Assembly (NCBI GenBank): GCA_046723475.1
Contig: JBKOUQ010000132.1
Span: forward strand, 3,056 to 67,055
Direction: 5' to 3'
From: Candidatus Methylomirabilota bacterium
GTDB lineage: Bacteria; Methylomirabilota; Methylomirabilia; Rokubacteriales; CSP1-6
DNA: 64,000 bases
Position 1 is the stretch's first letter; each line of letters begins with the position of its first letter. The translations under genes and the position numbers were made by a program. The notes beneath the pieces were generated by a model. The model did no database searches and was not told where the DNA came from. It worked only from the letters and a program-made list of their open reading frames with translations. This document shows, one piece after another, positions 19,791-28,302 of this stretch.

Positions 19791-21068
19791 TCAGCCCGCC
19801 ATGATCTTCTTCATCTCCGCCTCCGCCCACCCGATCGCGTCCTTCGTGGGCGTGCCGGTGACGGCCTTGGCCATCATGTTCGGCAAGATGTAGGCATTGG
19901 TGATGAGCTGCACCTTGTCCGAAGGAGGCGCCGGCCAGCCGTAGGTGTGGTACTCGACGCCCTCACCCTTCAGCGCGGCATACTTCGGGTCCGTCCTGAG
20001 CACCGGATGGTCCTGCAGCTTCGAGAACGCGGGCAGATTGAAGGCGTCGCCGGACATGATGTACTCGTCGTAGCGCTCCTTGGTGCCGAGCAGATACTTG
20101 ATCCACTCCTTCGCGGGCTCGATGTTCTTGCTGAACTTCCAGATGCCGATGTGCCGCGGCGTGTCCGTCTCGAATCGCCCGGCCGGACCACCGAGGCTGC
20201 GGTGGTGGTTGATGCCGTCGGCGGTGACGAGCTTGCGCTGCTTGGCGACGATGTAGGCGCTGACCGGATTGTGGATCCAGCCGGCCTTGCCCTGCTGGAT
20301 CGACTCGTTGTTGCTCGCGTCCGACCACGACAGCACCTCGGGCTCCATGCAGTCGCGGTACATCTTCTGGTACCACTCGACGGCGCGCACGGCTTCCTTG
20401 GAGTTGATGCGCACCGTCTTGCCGTCCTTGTCGACCTCCATGCCGCCGAACGACCACAGCACCGGGCCGGCGGTCGAGATCGAATCGTAGTTCTGGCTGA
20501 TCGGAATCCCCACGGGGTTGCCGATCTTCTTCAGCTCTTTGCCGACGGTGTAGAGGTCGTCCCAGGTGTCGGGGACCTTGAGGCTGTGCTTCTTGAAGAG
20601 GTCCTCGCGGTAGGTGGCGACGAACATGCCGTGGTACTGCGGCACCGCGCGCCAGACACCTTGCACGTGGGCACCTTCATACGCTGACGAGATCGCCTTG
20701 CCGTATTTCTTCTCGAGCTCGCTCACGATGTCCGACACATCGACGAGCTGCGGCTCGTAGAGCCACGGAAAGTGCATGCGCATCTCGACGAGGTCGTGAC
20801 CGGCCTGCGTCTGGACCTCGGACGCGTACTTCGCCTGCTGCGGCCCCATGTGCGAGATGTGGTCGATCTTCAGCTTGATGCCGGTGTCCTTCGTGAACCG
20901 CTGGCCGATCTCGCCGAGCTTCTTGTCCGAGGCGGGCGCGAAGTTGTTCCAGGCCAGGTAGCTGATTTCACGCGTCTGACCGACCGCAGGCGCCGTGCGC
21001 GTGGCCAGGATGCCGGCCAGCCCGCTGGCGCTGCCGATGACGAACTGCCGTCGCGAGAGCCGAACCAT
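19791..21068 (-). CDS. Sugar ABC transporter substrate-binding protein (Tat signal)
   Basis: Start MVRLSRRQFVIGSASGLAGILATRTAPAVG (twin-arginine motif) with RBS GAGGAGG. Family-1 extracellular SBP-like sequence. Confidence 0.85.
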   Translation of the reverse strand: MVRLSRRQFVIGSASGLAGILATRTAPAVGQTREISYLAWNNFAPASDKKLGEIGQRFTKDTGIKLKIDHISHMGPQQAKYASEVQTQAGHDLVEMRMHFPWLYEPQLVDVSDIVSELEKKYGKAISSAYEGAHVQGVWRAVPQYHGMFVATYREDLFKKHSLKVPDTWDDLYTVGKELKKIGNPVGIPISQNYDSISTAGPVLWSFGGMEVDKDGKTVRINSKEAVRAVEWYQKMYRDCMEPEVLSWSDASNNESIQQGKAGWIHNPVSAYIVAKQRKLVTADGINHHRSLGGPAGRFETDTPRHIGIWKFSKNIEPAKEWIKYLLGTKERYDEYIMSGDAFNLPAFSKLQDHPVLRTDPKYAALKGEGVEYHTYGWPAPPSDKVQLITNAYILPNMMAKAVTGTPTKDAIGWAEAEMKKIMAG

Positions 21069-21137
21069 GGAGCCTCCTCTCGGCCGCACAGGCCGGGGGG
21101 ATGAGTTTTCGAACGAGTGACGGGAGGATAACACTCT

Positions 21138-22778
21138 TTAGTCCTTCGGGCGCCACGCCTTGAAGCGCTCGCGGAGCACCTTCTTGTCGAACTTCCCGAC
21201 GCTCGTCTTCGGTACGGTGTCGACGAGGACGACTTCGTCGGGCAGCTGGAACTTGGCGAGCTTCGGTCGCAAGTACTCGATGATCTCCCGCGGTTCGAGC
21301 GTCACCCCGGGCTTGGGCACCACGCACGCGAGCGGTCGCTCCACCCACTTCGGGTGCGGCACGGCGATCACGGCCGCCTCGAGGACCTTCGGGTGGCCCA
21401 TGATCATCGTCTCGACGTCGATCGACGAGATCCACTCGCCGCCGGACTTGATGAGGTCTTTCGTGCGGTCGGTGATCTGCACGTAGCCCTCGGGATCGAT
21501 CGACGCGACGTCACCGGTACGGAACCAGCCGTCGGCGGTAAAGCGATCGGCGGATTCGGGATTATCGTAGTACGAGCGAATCACCCACGGCCCGCGCACC
21601 TGGATCTCGCCCACGCTCTTGCCGTCCCACGGCTGCTCGACGCCCTCGTCGTTCACGATGCGCATGTCGACGCCGGCAGCGATGTATCCCTGCTTGGCGC
21701 GGATCGCGTAGCGCTCGTCGTCGGACAGCGCGTCCATGTACGACTTCAGCCGGCACACGGTGCCGAGCGGCGTCATCTCCGTCATGCCCCACGCGTGCAG
21801 CATCGGCGCGCGGTACTTCTTGTCGAACTTCTCGATCAGCGTGCGGGGCGCCGCGGAGCCGCCGATGGGGATGCAGCGGATCGACGAGATGTCCCAGTGG
21901 GGCTCGGCCTCGAGGATCGCGTCGATCGCAATCCACACCGTCGGCACCGCGCCCACGAACGTCACCCGCTCGGTGTGGACCATCTCGATGATGTCGCGCG
22001 GCTGGGGATTGGGTCCGCCGAAGATCTGCGTGGCGCCGTTCAGCACGCCGGCAAACGGAACGCACCATCCGTTGGCGTGGAACATCGGCACGATGTGCAG
22101 GATGACGTCGCGCTCGCTGATGCCGAACAGATCGGTGGTCGACGACGCCAGGCTGTGCAGAAAGACCGCCCGATGCGTGTAGACCGCCCCATTGGGATGC
22201 CCGGTCGTACCCGACGTGTAGCAGATGCCGGCGGCATCCGTCTCCGACAGCGACGGCCAGCTCTCCATCGGTCGCGCGTCGGCCAGCAGCGTCTCGTAGT
22301 CGAGCGCGCCAAGCGGAATCTGGGCGGTGGGTGTGTCCTTCATCACGATGACGTGCTGCACCGTCTTGAGCTGCGCGCGAATCGGCTCCAGCGTGGGCCA
22401 GCACGAGGCGTCGACGATGAGGACCTTGTCGCCCGCGTGATTGATGATGTAGGTCAGATCGGCGGCCGACAGACGGATGTTGACGGTGTGCAGCACCGCG
22501 CCCATGCACGGCGCCGCGAAGTAGACCTCGAGATGGCGGTGCGAGTTCCAGGCGAACGTACCGACACGGTCGCCCTTGCCGACGCCGAGCGCCTTCAGCG
22601 CGCCGGCCAGACGCTGCGTGCGCTCCGCCCAGCGTCCGTAGTCCATGCGCTCGAGGCCCACGCCGGGCACGCGCGTCGCGAGGGTTTTCTTGGCGAACAC
22701 CCGCCGCGTTCGTTCGATGAAGTGCGGCAGCGTCAGCGGATAGTTCATCATGAGGTTATCGAGCTGCGCGGTCATCAA
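21138..22778 (-). CDS. Long-chain/medium-chain fatty acid-CoA ligase
   Basis: 546 aa. AMP-binding motif ICYTSGTTGHPNGAVYTHR and C-terminal SVGKFDKK. The N-terminus is typical of FadD-like ligases. Confidence 0.9.
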   Translation of the reverse strand: MMTAQLDNLMMNYPLTLPHFIERTRRVFAKKTLATRVPGVGLERMDYGRWAERTQRLAGALKALGVGKGDRVGTFAWNSHRHLEVYFAAPCMGAVLHTVNIRLSAADLTYIINHAGDKVLIVDASCWPTLEPIRAQLKTVQHVIVMKDTPTAQIPLGALDYETLLADARPMESWPSLSETDAAGICYTSGTTGHPNGAVYTHRAVFLHSLASSTTDLFGISERDVILHIVPMFHANGWCVPFAGVLNGATQIFGGPNPQPRDIIEMVHTERVTFVGAVPTVWIAIDAILEAEPHWDISSIRCIPIGGSAAPRTLIEKFDKKYRAPMLHAWGMTEMTPLGTVCRLKSYMDALSDDERYAIRAKQGYIAAGVDMRIVNDEGVEQPWDGKSVGEIQVRGPWVIRSYYDNPESADRFTADGWFRTGDVASIDPEGYVQITDRTKDLIKSGGEWISSIDVETMIMGHPKVLEAAVIAVPHPKWVERPLACVVPKPGVTLEPREIIEYLRPKLAKFQLPDEVVLVDTVPKTSVGKFDKKVLRERFKAWRPKD

Positions 22779-22972
22779 TGTCCTCCCGGAGCGGAAGATA
22801 AGGGTACGGCTTCAACATCGTTGCCGTCCACTCGCCGGCGTGAATACGATCGGGGTCGTCAACGTCGCGCCGAGCGCGGCCGCCATTGGCGGGGATTGTA
22901 AGGATTTCGGGCTCGTGCGCCGAATACACCTCCGCAACATGCCGTCTGATCGGCTGAACGGAGGACAAAGCC

Positions 22973-23485
22973 ATGGAGAGGAAGCACTGGAAGCTCGCGA
23001 CGATCGCTGTGGCCCTCACGGGTGTCACTGCACTGAGCACCGGCCTCACCACGGCGTGGATGCTGCGACCGCCGGCGGAGGCCCAGGCGCAGTCGGCGCC
23101 AGTCACGCCGCTAACCGCGCGTGCGGCGATGCCGTATGCCGCATCGATCTCGCCGTCCGCGGCGCGCGTCACCCCCGCCGTCGCCCGTCCCTCGATCACG
23201 CCGGCCGTTGTTCGCACCGAAGCGCCGGCCCCGGTCACGCGCGTGGCCACCGCGCCGGCTGATTGCACCACCGGAACCGATCGCGCCATCCGAATCGCCA
23301 AGCCTGGTGCGATCGGGGCGCTACTCGGTGCGGGCCTCGGCGCTGCGGGAGGCGCGGTGGTCAAGGGCGGTAACGGCGCCGGCAAGGGCGCTCTTCTCGG
23401 CGGCATCGCCGGCGCGGCCCTCGGCACGGGCTACGGCGCGTACAAGACGCAGAACGAGTGCGGCACGATCCTCGGCTCGCGCTGA
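22973..23485 (+). CDS. Membrane-anchored glycine-zipper protein (17 kDa surface antigen-like C-terminus)
   Basis: N-terminal TM/signal anchor, a Pro/Ala-rich linker, then GAIGALLGAGLGAAGGAVV..GALLGGIAGAALGTGYGAY. Confidence 0.6.
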   Translation: MERKHWKLATIAVALTGVTALSTGLTTAWMLRPPAEAQAQSAPVTPLTARAAMPYAASISPSAARVTPAVARPSITPAVVRTEAPAPVTRVATAPADCTTGTDRAIRIAKPGAIGALLGAGLGAAGGAVVKGGNGAGKGALLGGIAGAALGTGYGAYKTQNECGTILGSR

Positions 23486-23512
23486 GCGCTCGCTCGACGA
23501 AACGAACCCCAC

Positions 23513-23535
23513 GGGGGCGCGCTTCTCGCGCCCCC
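23513..23535 (+). terminator. GC-rich stem-loop after the glycine-zipper gene (no clear T-tract)
   Basis: gggggcgcg-cttct-cgcgccccc, 28 nt after the stop. Confidence 0.35.
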
Positions 23536-23590
23536 GACGTGTGTCTGCTGCCTGATCGTTCGTCATGCGCTGTGATATGGTGAGCGCGCG

Positions 23591-25654
23591 ATGAAGTCGC
23601 GCTGGAACGACGCCGACGCCGCGACGCTCCAAGGCCTCGACCTCCTCGTGTACGCCTCCCGGCTCGTTGGCGCCGAGACGTCGCTGGTCGTGTGGGGCGG
23701 CGGCAACACCTCGATCAAGACCGTCGAGCGCGATCACCGCGGCCGTGAGATCCCCGTGCTGCGCGTGAAGGGCAGTGGATCCGACCTGAAATCAGTTCAG
23801 CGCAAAGACTTCCCGGGCGTGCGCATGGACGACATCCGCGCGCTGCTCGAGCGGCACGACATGGGCGACCAGGACATGGTCGGCTACCTCGCGCACGCGC
23901 TGCAAGATCCGGGCGGCGTGCGGCCCTCGATCGAAACGCTGCTGCACGGGTTCGTCGACGCGCACGCGGTCGTGCACACCCACGCGGATGCGATCGTGTC
24001 GCTGACGAACAACGACCGGCCGCGCGAGGTGCTGACCTCCGTGTACGGCAAGGACGTCATTCCGCTCGAATACCGTCGGCCGGGCTTCAAAATCTCGCGA
24101 GAGGTCGCCGACGCGATCGCCGAGCACCCCGAAGCGCGCGCGCTCGTGCTCGAGCGTCACGGCACGATCACGTGGGGCGCCACGGTGCGCGAGGCCTATG
24201 AGGCGACGATCGAGCTGATCACGCGCGCCGAGGAGGTCATTGCCGAGCGCCGCAAAGGGCGCCGCGTCTTCGGCGGCCCGCGCGTGCCTGTGCTCGATCC
24301 CGCCACGCGACGGGCCATCGCGCTCGGCGTGGCGCCGCGGCTGCGCGGTCGTCTCGGGCGACAGCGGCGCGTCATCGTGACGTTCGACGACGGCGACGCG
24401 GTCACCGAGTTCACCTCGTCGATGGATGCGCCGGCTGTGTCGCAGGTCGGCCCGGCGACACCCGATCACACGATCTATACCAAGCGCCTGCCGTGCTTCG
24501 TGCCGCTCGGTCAGACGCCGGGCTCCGCGGACGCCGTGTGGACGGCCATCGACGATGCGATCGGCCAATTCGTTTCCGACTACACCACGTACTTCGACAC
24601 GTATCGTGAGTCGGGCGCCGAGCTGACCGATCCGATGCCGCGCGTCGTGCTCGTGCCCGGGCTCGGCATGTTCACGGCGGGACGCGACCGCCGCACGGCC
24701 GGCATCGTGGACGACATCTATCACCACACGATCGACGTCATCGGCAATGCGACCGCGTTCGGCCGCTACGTGTCGCTCAGCGCGAAGGATGCGTACGACG
24801 TCGAGTACTGGCCGCTCGAGCTCTACAAGCTCACGCTTGCGCCGCCGGAGAAAGAGCTCGCGCGGCGCATCGCGCTCGTCACGGGTGGTGGCTCGGGCAT
24901 CGGCCGCGCCGTCGTGCGACGCCTGGCCGCGGAAGGCGCGCACGTCGTCGTCGGCGATCTCGACGAGGCCGGGGCGCGCCGGACGGCCGACGAGGTGAGC
25001 GCGGCCGTCGGCGGAGGTCGCGCCATCGGCCTGCGCATGGACGTCACGAGCGAGGCGTCGGTGCGTGCCGCGTTCGAGGCGACGGTGCTCGCGTATGGCG
25101 GCCTCGACATCCTCGTTTCGAATGCCGGCATCGCGCACTCGGCGCCGGTGGATCGCATGGCGCTGGCCGACTGGGAGCGCTCGTTCGCGGTCAACGCGAC
25201 GGGCCACTTCCTCGTGGCCCGTGAGGCGATGCGCATTCTGATCCCGCAAGGGCTCGGTGGCGCACTCGTCTTCGTCGCCACCAAGAACGTGATGTCGCCG
25301 GGCAAGGATTTCGCCGCGTACTCGGCGGCCAAGGCGGCGGAGGCGCAGCTCGCGAAGGTGCTGGCCCTCGAGGGCGCGCCGCACGGCATCCGCTCGAACA
25401 TCGTGAACCCCGACGCCGTCTTTCAGGACAGCAAGCTCTGGTCCGAGGACGTGCGGCGCGAGCGCGCCGCCGCGCAGGGCATCGCCGTCGATCAGCTCGA
25501 GGATTTCTATCGCAAGCGCAACCTGCTTGGCGCGCGGATCCTGCCCGAGGACGTTGGGGAGGCGGTGCTCTTCCTCGCCTCCGACCGCGCGTCGAAGACG
25601 ACGGGCTGCACGCTCACCGTGGATGGCGGCGTCAAGGACGCCTTCCCGCGGTAG
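23591..25654 (+). CDS. Bifunctional class II aldolase / short-chain dehydrogenase (rhamnulose-1-phosphate aldolase-SDR fusion type)
   Basis: 687 aa. The N-terminal aldolase-like half (GGGNTS, VVHTHAD) is fused to an SDR half (TGGGSGIGRA, YSAAKAA). Confidence 0.9.
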   Translation: MKSRWNDADAATLQGLDLLVYASRLVGAETSLVVWGGGNTSIKTVERDHRGREIPVLRVKGSGSDLKSVQRKDFPGVRMDDIRALLERHDMGDQDMVGYLAHALQDPGGVRPSIETLLHGFVDAHAVVHTHADAIVSLTNNDRPREVLTSVYGKDVIPLEYRRPGFKISREVADAIAEHPEARALVLERHGTITWGATVREAYEATIELITRAEEVIAERRKGRRVFGGPRVPVLDPATRRAIALGVAPRLRGRLGRQRRVIVTFDDGDAVTEFTSSMDAPAVSQVGPATPDHTIYTKRLPCFVPLGQTPGSADAVWTAIDDAIGQFVSDYTTYFDTYRESGAELTDPMPRVVLVPGLGMFTAGRDRRTAGIVDDIYHHTIDVIGNATAFGRYVSLSAKDAYDVEYWPLELYKLTLAPPEKELARRIALVTGGGSGIGRAVVRRLAAEGAHVVVGDLDEAGARRTADEVSAAVGGGRAIGLRMDVTSEASVRAAFEATVLAYGGLDILVSNAGIAHSAPVDRMALADWERSFAVNATGHFLVAREAMRILIPQGLGGALVFVATKNVMSPGKDFAAYSAAKAAEAQLAKVLALEGAPHGIRSNIVNPDAVFQDSKLWSEDVRRERAAAQGIAVDQLEDFYRKRNLLGARILPEDVGEAVLFLASDRASKTTGCTLTVDGGVKDAFPR

Positions 25655-25865
25655 CCGACGGTGGGCGCGTCAAATACGCGAATTCCCAGACGTCGGTACT
25701 CGGCGGGCGCCGTGCACTTGTAGCGGCGCCCCTCGGCATCGTCGAACGGCTCGCATCGCCACCGCTGCTGCTCGCCTCCGAGCATGGGCCGGAGGATTTG
25801 CCGATCTGTGTTTGTTGACGCGTCGAGCAGCCATAGCAGCCACCTGATGCCGACCCAAGCCCCTG

Positions 25866-26057
25866 TCACCAATTCCACTCACCGGCACGTGTCGTCGGTC
25901 TCCGTCTATCGAGGAGCGCCGTCAGCGGCACGCCGAGAACCTTCGCGAGCCGTTGGAGCATCCCTATCGTCGGATCCGATTTTCCGGCTTCGAGCTTTCG
26001 GATGTATTCGCGCGACACCTCGGGTTTAGTCGCCTTCCCGAGCGCGTACTGGCTCAT
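25866..26057 (-). CDS. XRE-family helix-turn-helix transcriptional regulator (63 aa)
   Basis: MSQYALGKATKPEVSREYIRKLEAGKSDPTIGMLQRLAKVLGV fits the HTH_3 pattern. Confidence 0.75.
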   Translation of the reverse strand: MSQYALGKATKPEVSREYIRKLEAGKSDPTIGMLQRLAKVLGVPLTALLDRRRPTTRAGEWNW

Positions 26058-26094
26058 GCCCTTGCCCCTGCGAATCCGCCTGAGGTCATTCCTA

Positions 26095-26162
26095 TGTGTC
26101 CCGGCGTCATAGTCAACTGTGTCCCGGCGTCATAGTCAACTATAAGTGACGCTCGACGTCAC
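26095..26162. promoter_or_regulatory. Putative operator: perfect 23-bp tandem direct repeat plus an adjacent palindrome
   Basis: tgtgtcccggcgtcatagtcaac occurs twice back to back (26095-26117, 26118-26140), followed by gtgacg-ctcga-cgtcac (26146-26162). It begins 38 nt upstream of the XRE start codon. Confidence 0.6.
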
Positions 26163-26318
26163 GCTCGCCGACCGGCATTTCATCCAATGCGCCGGGAAAA
26201 CGTTGCCCGGGCTCCCATGTATGGACTAAGTGCGTATCGACCCATGACCAAGAGGGCAATGGGCTCTCGTTCGACTCTCTGGTAGCGTCGGCGTCGAGGG
26301 CTGAAGCTGGAGGACGAT

Positions 26319-26435
26319 ATGAAAACAACCAGCGCGGCGCCTCTACCGACGTCAAAGGCGTACGTCCTCGCATCGGCGCATAAGGTGCGGATCGTCGTTG
26401 CTGCCCGTTGCGCGTTCGCTCGGGAGGGACCATGA
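26319..26435 (+). CDS. Possible 38-aa leader ORF translationally coupled to the next gene
   Basis: RBS GGAGGA followed by 4 nt and ATG. Reads MKTTSAAPLPTSKAYVLASAHKVRIVVAARCAFAREGP. The stop overlaps the next ATG (ATGA). Below the ORF-track size cutoff. Confidence 0.25.
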   Translation: MKTTSAAPLPTSKAYVLASAHKVRIVVAARCAFAREGP

Positions 26436-26833
26436 AAGAAATGCTGCCTGTTTTGTCGTTTCTGCTCGTCGCCGTGCTGCTGCTCACGCCGATGACGGCG
26501 TCGTTGGCGCTGGCCCATGGACCGGGCGCGGGCTCTGGTGCTGGCTCGGGCACCGGCGCGCCGGCGGCTGGCTCTGGTGCGCCGAGCGGTGGGGGATCGC
26601 CGAGTGCTGGCGCGTCGAGTGGCGCCGGCGCACCGAGCGGCGCTGGTGCGCCGAGTGGCGCGGCCGATGCGGGCGGGACCGGATCACCCTCCGCGAGTCC
26701 ATCCGACGAGGGCGGGAGCCCGAGCGCGAATCCGGGCATCGGCGTCCGCCCGTTTCCGACGCCGGCGGCCCTTCCGTCAACGCAATGCGCGTACGGCCAG
26801 ACGTACGTCAACGGGCAGTGCGTGCCAAGGTAG
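26432..26833 (+). CDS. Small secreted Gly/Ala/Ser/Pro-rich protein with a C-terminal Cys-X10-Cys loop
   Basis: RBS GGGAGGG. Signal peptide MKEMLPVLSFLLVAVLLLTPMTASLALA, then GAGSGAGSGTGAP..GAGAPSGAGAPSG.. and ..QCAYGQTYVNGQCVPR. Third codon positions are more A/T-rich than in neighbouring genes. Confidence 0.55.
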   Translation: MKEMLPVLSFLLVAVLLLTPMTASLALAHGPGAGSGAGSGTGAPAAGSGAPSGGGSPSAGASSGAGAPSGAGAPSGAADAGGTGSPSASPSDEGGSPSANPGIGVRPFPTPAALPSTQCAYGQTYVNGQCVPR

Positions 26834-26949
26834 GGTCAGACACCCGGCGCGGCTCGCGTTTACGAGATCGTAATAGGTCTGTGGGATCCCGATCGAGAGG
26901 ATCGTCGCGAGGGCCGTCCGATAACAGCTTGGTCATGCGTTGCTCGCTC

Positions 26950-27290
26950 TCTACCCCCTCGCGGAACGGCGAGGCATCATTGTCGTTATGCCGCGCGCTG
27001 CACCGCTTCCCCACGGACTCCGCGCCCACGCGCTGCCCGCATCCGCAGTGAGCGAGTGTGCGAAACCACTCAGGAAGAACATCGCGCGCCAGTCGCGGCC
27101 GTCGTAGCGCCGCAGCTCGAGGTCGTACTCCTGGCGCGCCATGCCGGCGACCACGTCGCCGACACCGCGCCAGTTTGTCGAAGCAGGCATGCAGAAACCG
27201 CAGCTTGGCTCGCGTGGTTCGAGGCCGAGGAAACCGAGCGCGGCGCGGAGCAGCCGTCCGCGCGGGTCTCAGCGTGGTCCGGCCTGGGGA
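26950..27290 (-). pseudogene. Frameshifted small ORF (collinear pieces in two reading frames)
   Basis: Pieces ..KLRFLHACFDK / WRGVGDVVAGMARQEYDLELRRYDGRDWRAMFFLSGFAHSLTADAGSAWARSPW / EAVQRAA-stop join only if single-nt shifts are allowed. One shift falls at the C4/G4 run 27009-27012. Confidence 0.3.
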
Positions 27291-27434
27291 TTCCTGATTG
27301 AGGTCGATGATGATGAGACGTAGGACGCATCGCATTGACCGAGGTACACCGCCTGGATATTGACCTTCGACTGCGCATTTGCGAGTGAGCATGAGCCGAG
27401 GAACGCGAGGGCCGCGAGCGCGGCGACGCGTCGG

Positions 27435-27680
27435 CAGCACGGGGATTCGTACCACAACGCGCTCGCGGAATCCGTCATCGGCCTCTACAAGACTGAAGAA
27501 ACCTACCGGCGCGGGCCGCGGAAAGGAATCGAGGACGTCGAGTTCGCCACGCTGGAGTGGGTCGCGTGGTACAACACGCGCCGCCTGCTGGAGCCGCTCG
27601 GGTATGCTTCCCGCGACGAGTGTGAGCAGGCCTGTTACCGTCACCACTCGGCTTCGGCCGAGCTGGCGACAGTCACGTAA
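27435..27680 (+). mobile_element. IS3-family transposase remnant (C-terminal end of the integrase core only)
   Basis: ..GDSYHNALAESVIGLYKTEETYRRGPRKGIEDVEFATLEWVAWYNTRRLLEPLGYASRDECEQACY matches the conserved IS3 OrfB C-terminus (DNA.AES..G..K.E......W......E.AT.EW..W.N..R.H..LGY..P.E.E..Y). No N-terminal part or OrfA is present. Confidence 0.75.
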
Positions 27681-27689
27681 CCGGGTCTC

Positions 27690-28130
27690 CGGGAACTGGC
27701 GCGGTTCAAAGCGCAGCATCATTGAGGCGAACTTCGGGTAGAAATCCAACGGGTCGCGGATCGACGGGTTGATGTAACGCGTCTCAAGCACGATCGAGGC
27801 GTACCTCCAGGTCGTGTACTGGGTCATCGTTTGGACGCTCGATCGCGAGCGTCTGGAGATCTTCGGTGGCGTGGAATGAGTCTCGGTCGAGGGGCCCGGC
27901 CTTCAACAGGTGGAACTTCAGTGCTGTTAAGTCCCTGGCGAGCGGGCCCGGATCGTCTATCCACGTCGCCGCGAACACGTAGAAGCGAGAGCCCGTGGAG
28001 GAGAACTCCAGATCCGCCGACTCGTCGGGATGGACGTGGAGCGTGGCCAGCCCGCACTGCCCCCCAAAATGCGACCACCCCGCCGATGCAAGGGCGGGGT
28101 GGAACCTTTTCGCATTGACTGCTAGGTAGG
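27690..28130 (-). pseudogene. Disrupted ORF fragments abutting the IS3 remnant (unknown family)
   Basis: The piece ..HFGGQCGLATLHVHPDESADLEFSSTGSRFYVFAATWIDDPGPLARDL..HDLEVRLDRA-stop continues in another frame as MTQYTTWRYASIVLETRYINPSIRDPLDFYPKFASMMLRFEP. There is no clean start, and the 3' part runs into the IS fragment. Confidence 0.3.
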
Positions 28131-28302
28131 CGGAGTCTAGGCGTGACCCCTCGGTGGGTCAACGTAGTCCCCTCCGACTCGAGCGGTCCGACCCGCGCAC
28201 GCTCGATGATCGGCCGAGTTATCATGCAGCCTGCACGATGCACTCGACCATGAACATGAACCCCATCAACCCGTCCACCATCGGTAACGCTGGGTTCCCG
28301 AG

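Noticed and set aside
18002-21068. Sugar ABC operon without an ATPase gene
   Set aside because: CUT1-type sugar importers frequently share an unlinked MsiK/UgpC-like ATPase, so this is not noteworthy.
25507-25878. 123-aa ORF downstream of the XRE gene as a possible toxin partner
   Set aside because: It starts with a GTG overlapping the XRE stop, but it has no stop until 148 nt inside the convergent aldolase/SDR gene. I recognise no family, so the evidence is insufficient for a TA pair.
26140-26811. 223-aa Pro-rich minus-strand ORF (PAPLGAPAPLGAPAPLDAP..)
   Set aside because: It is the antisense reading of the Gly/Ala/Ser repeat region. It has no RBS or signal peptide, whereas the plus-strand ORF has an RBS, a signal peptide and ATGA coupling to a leader ORF.
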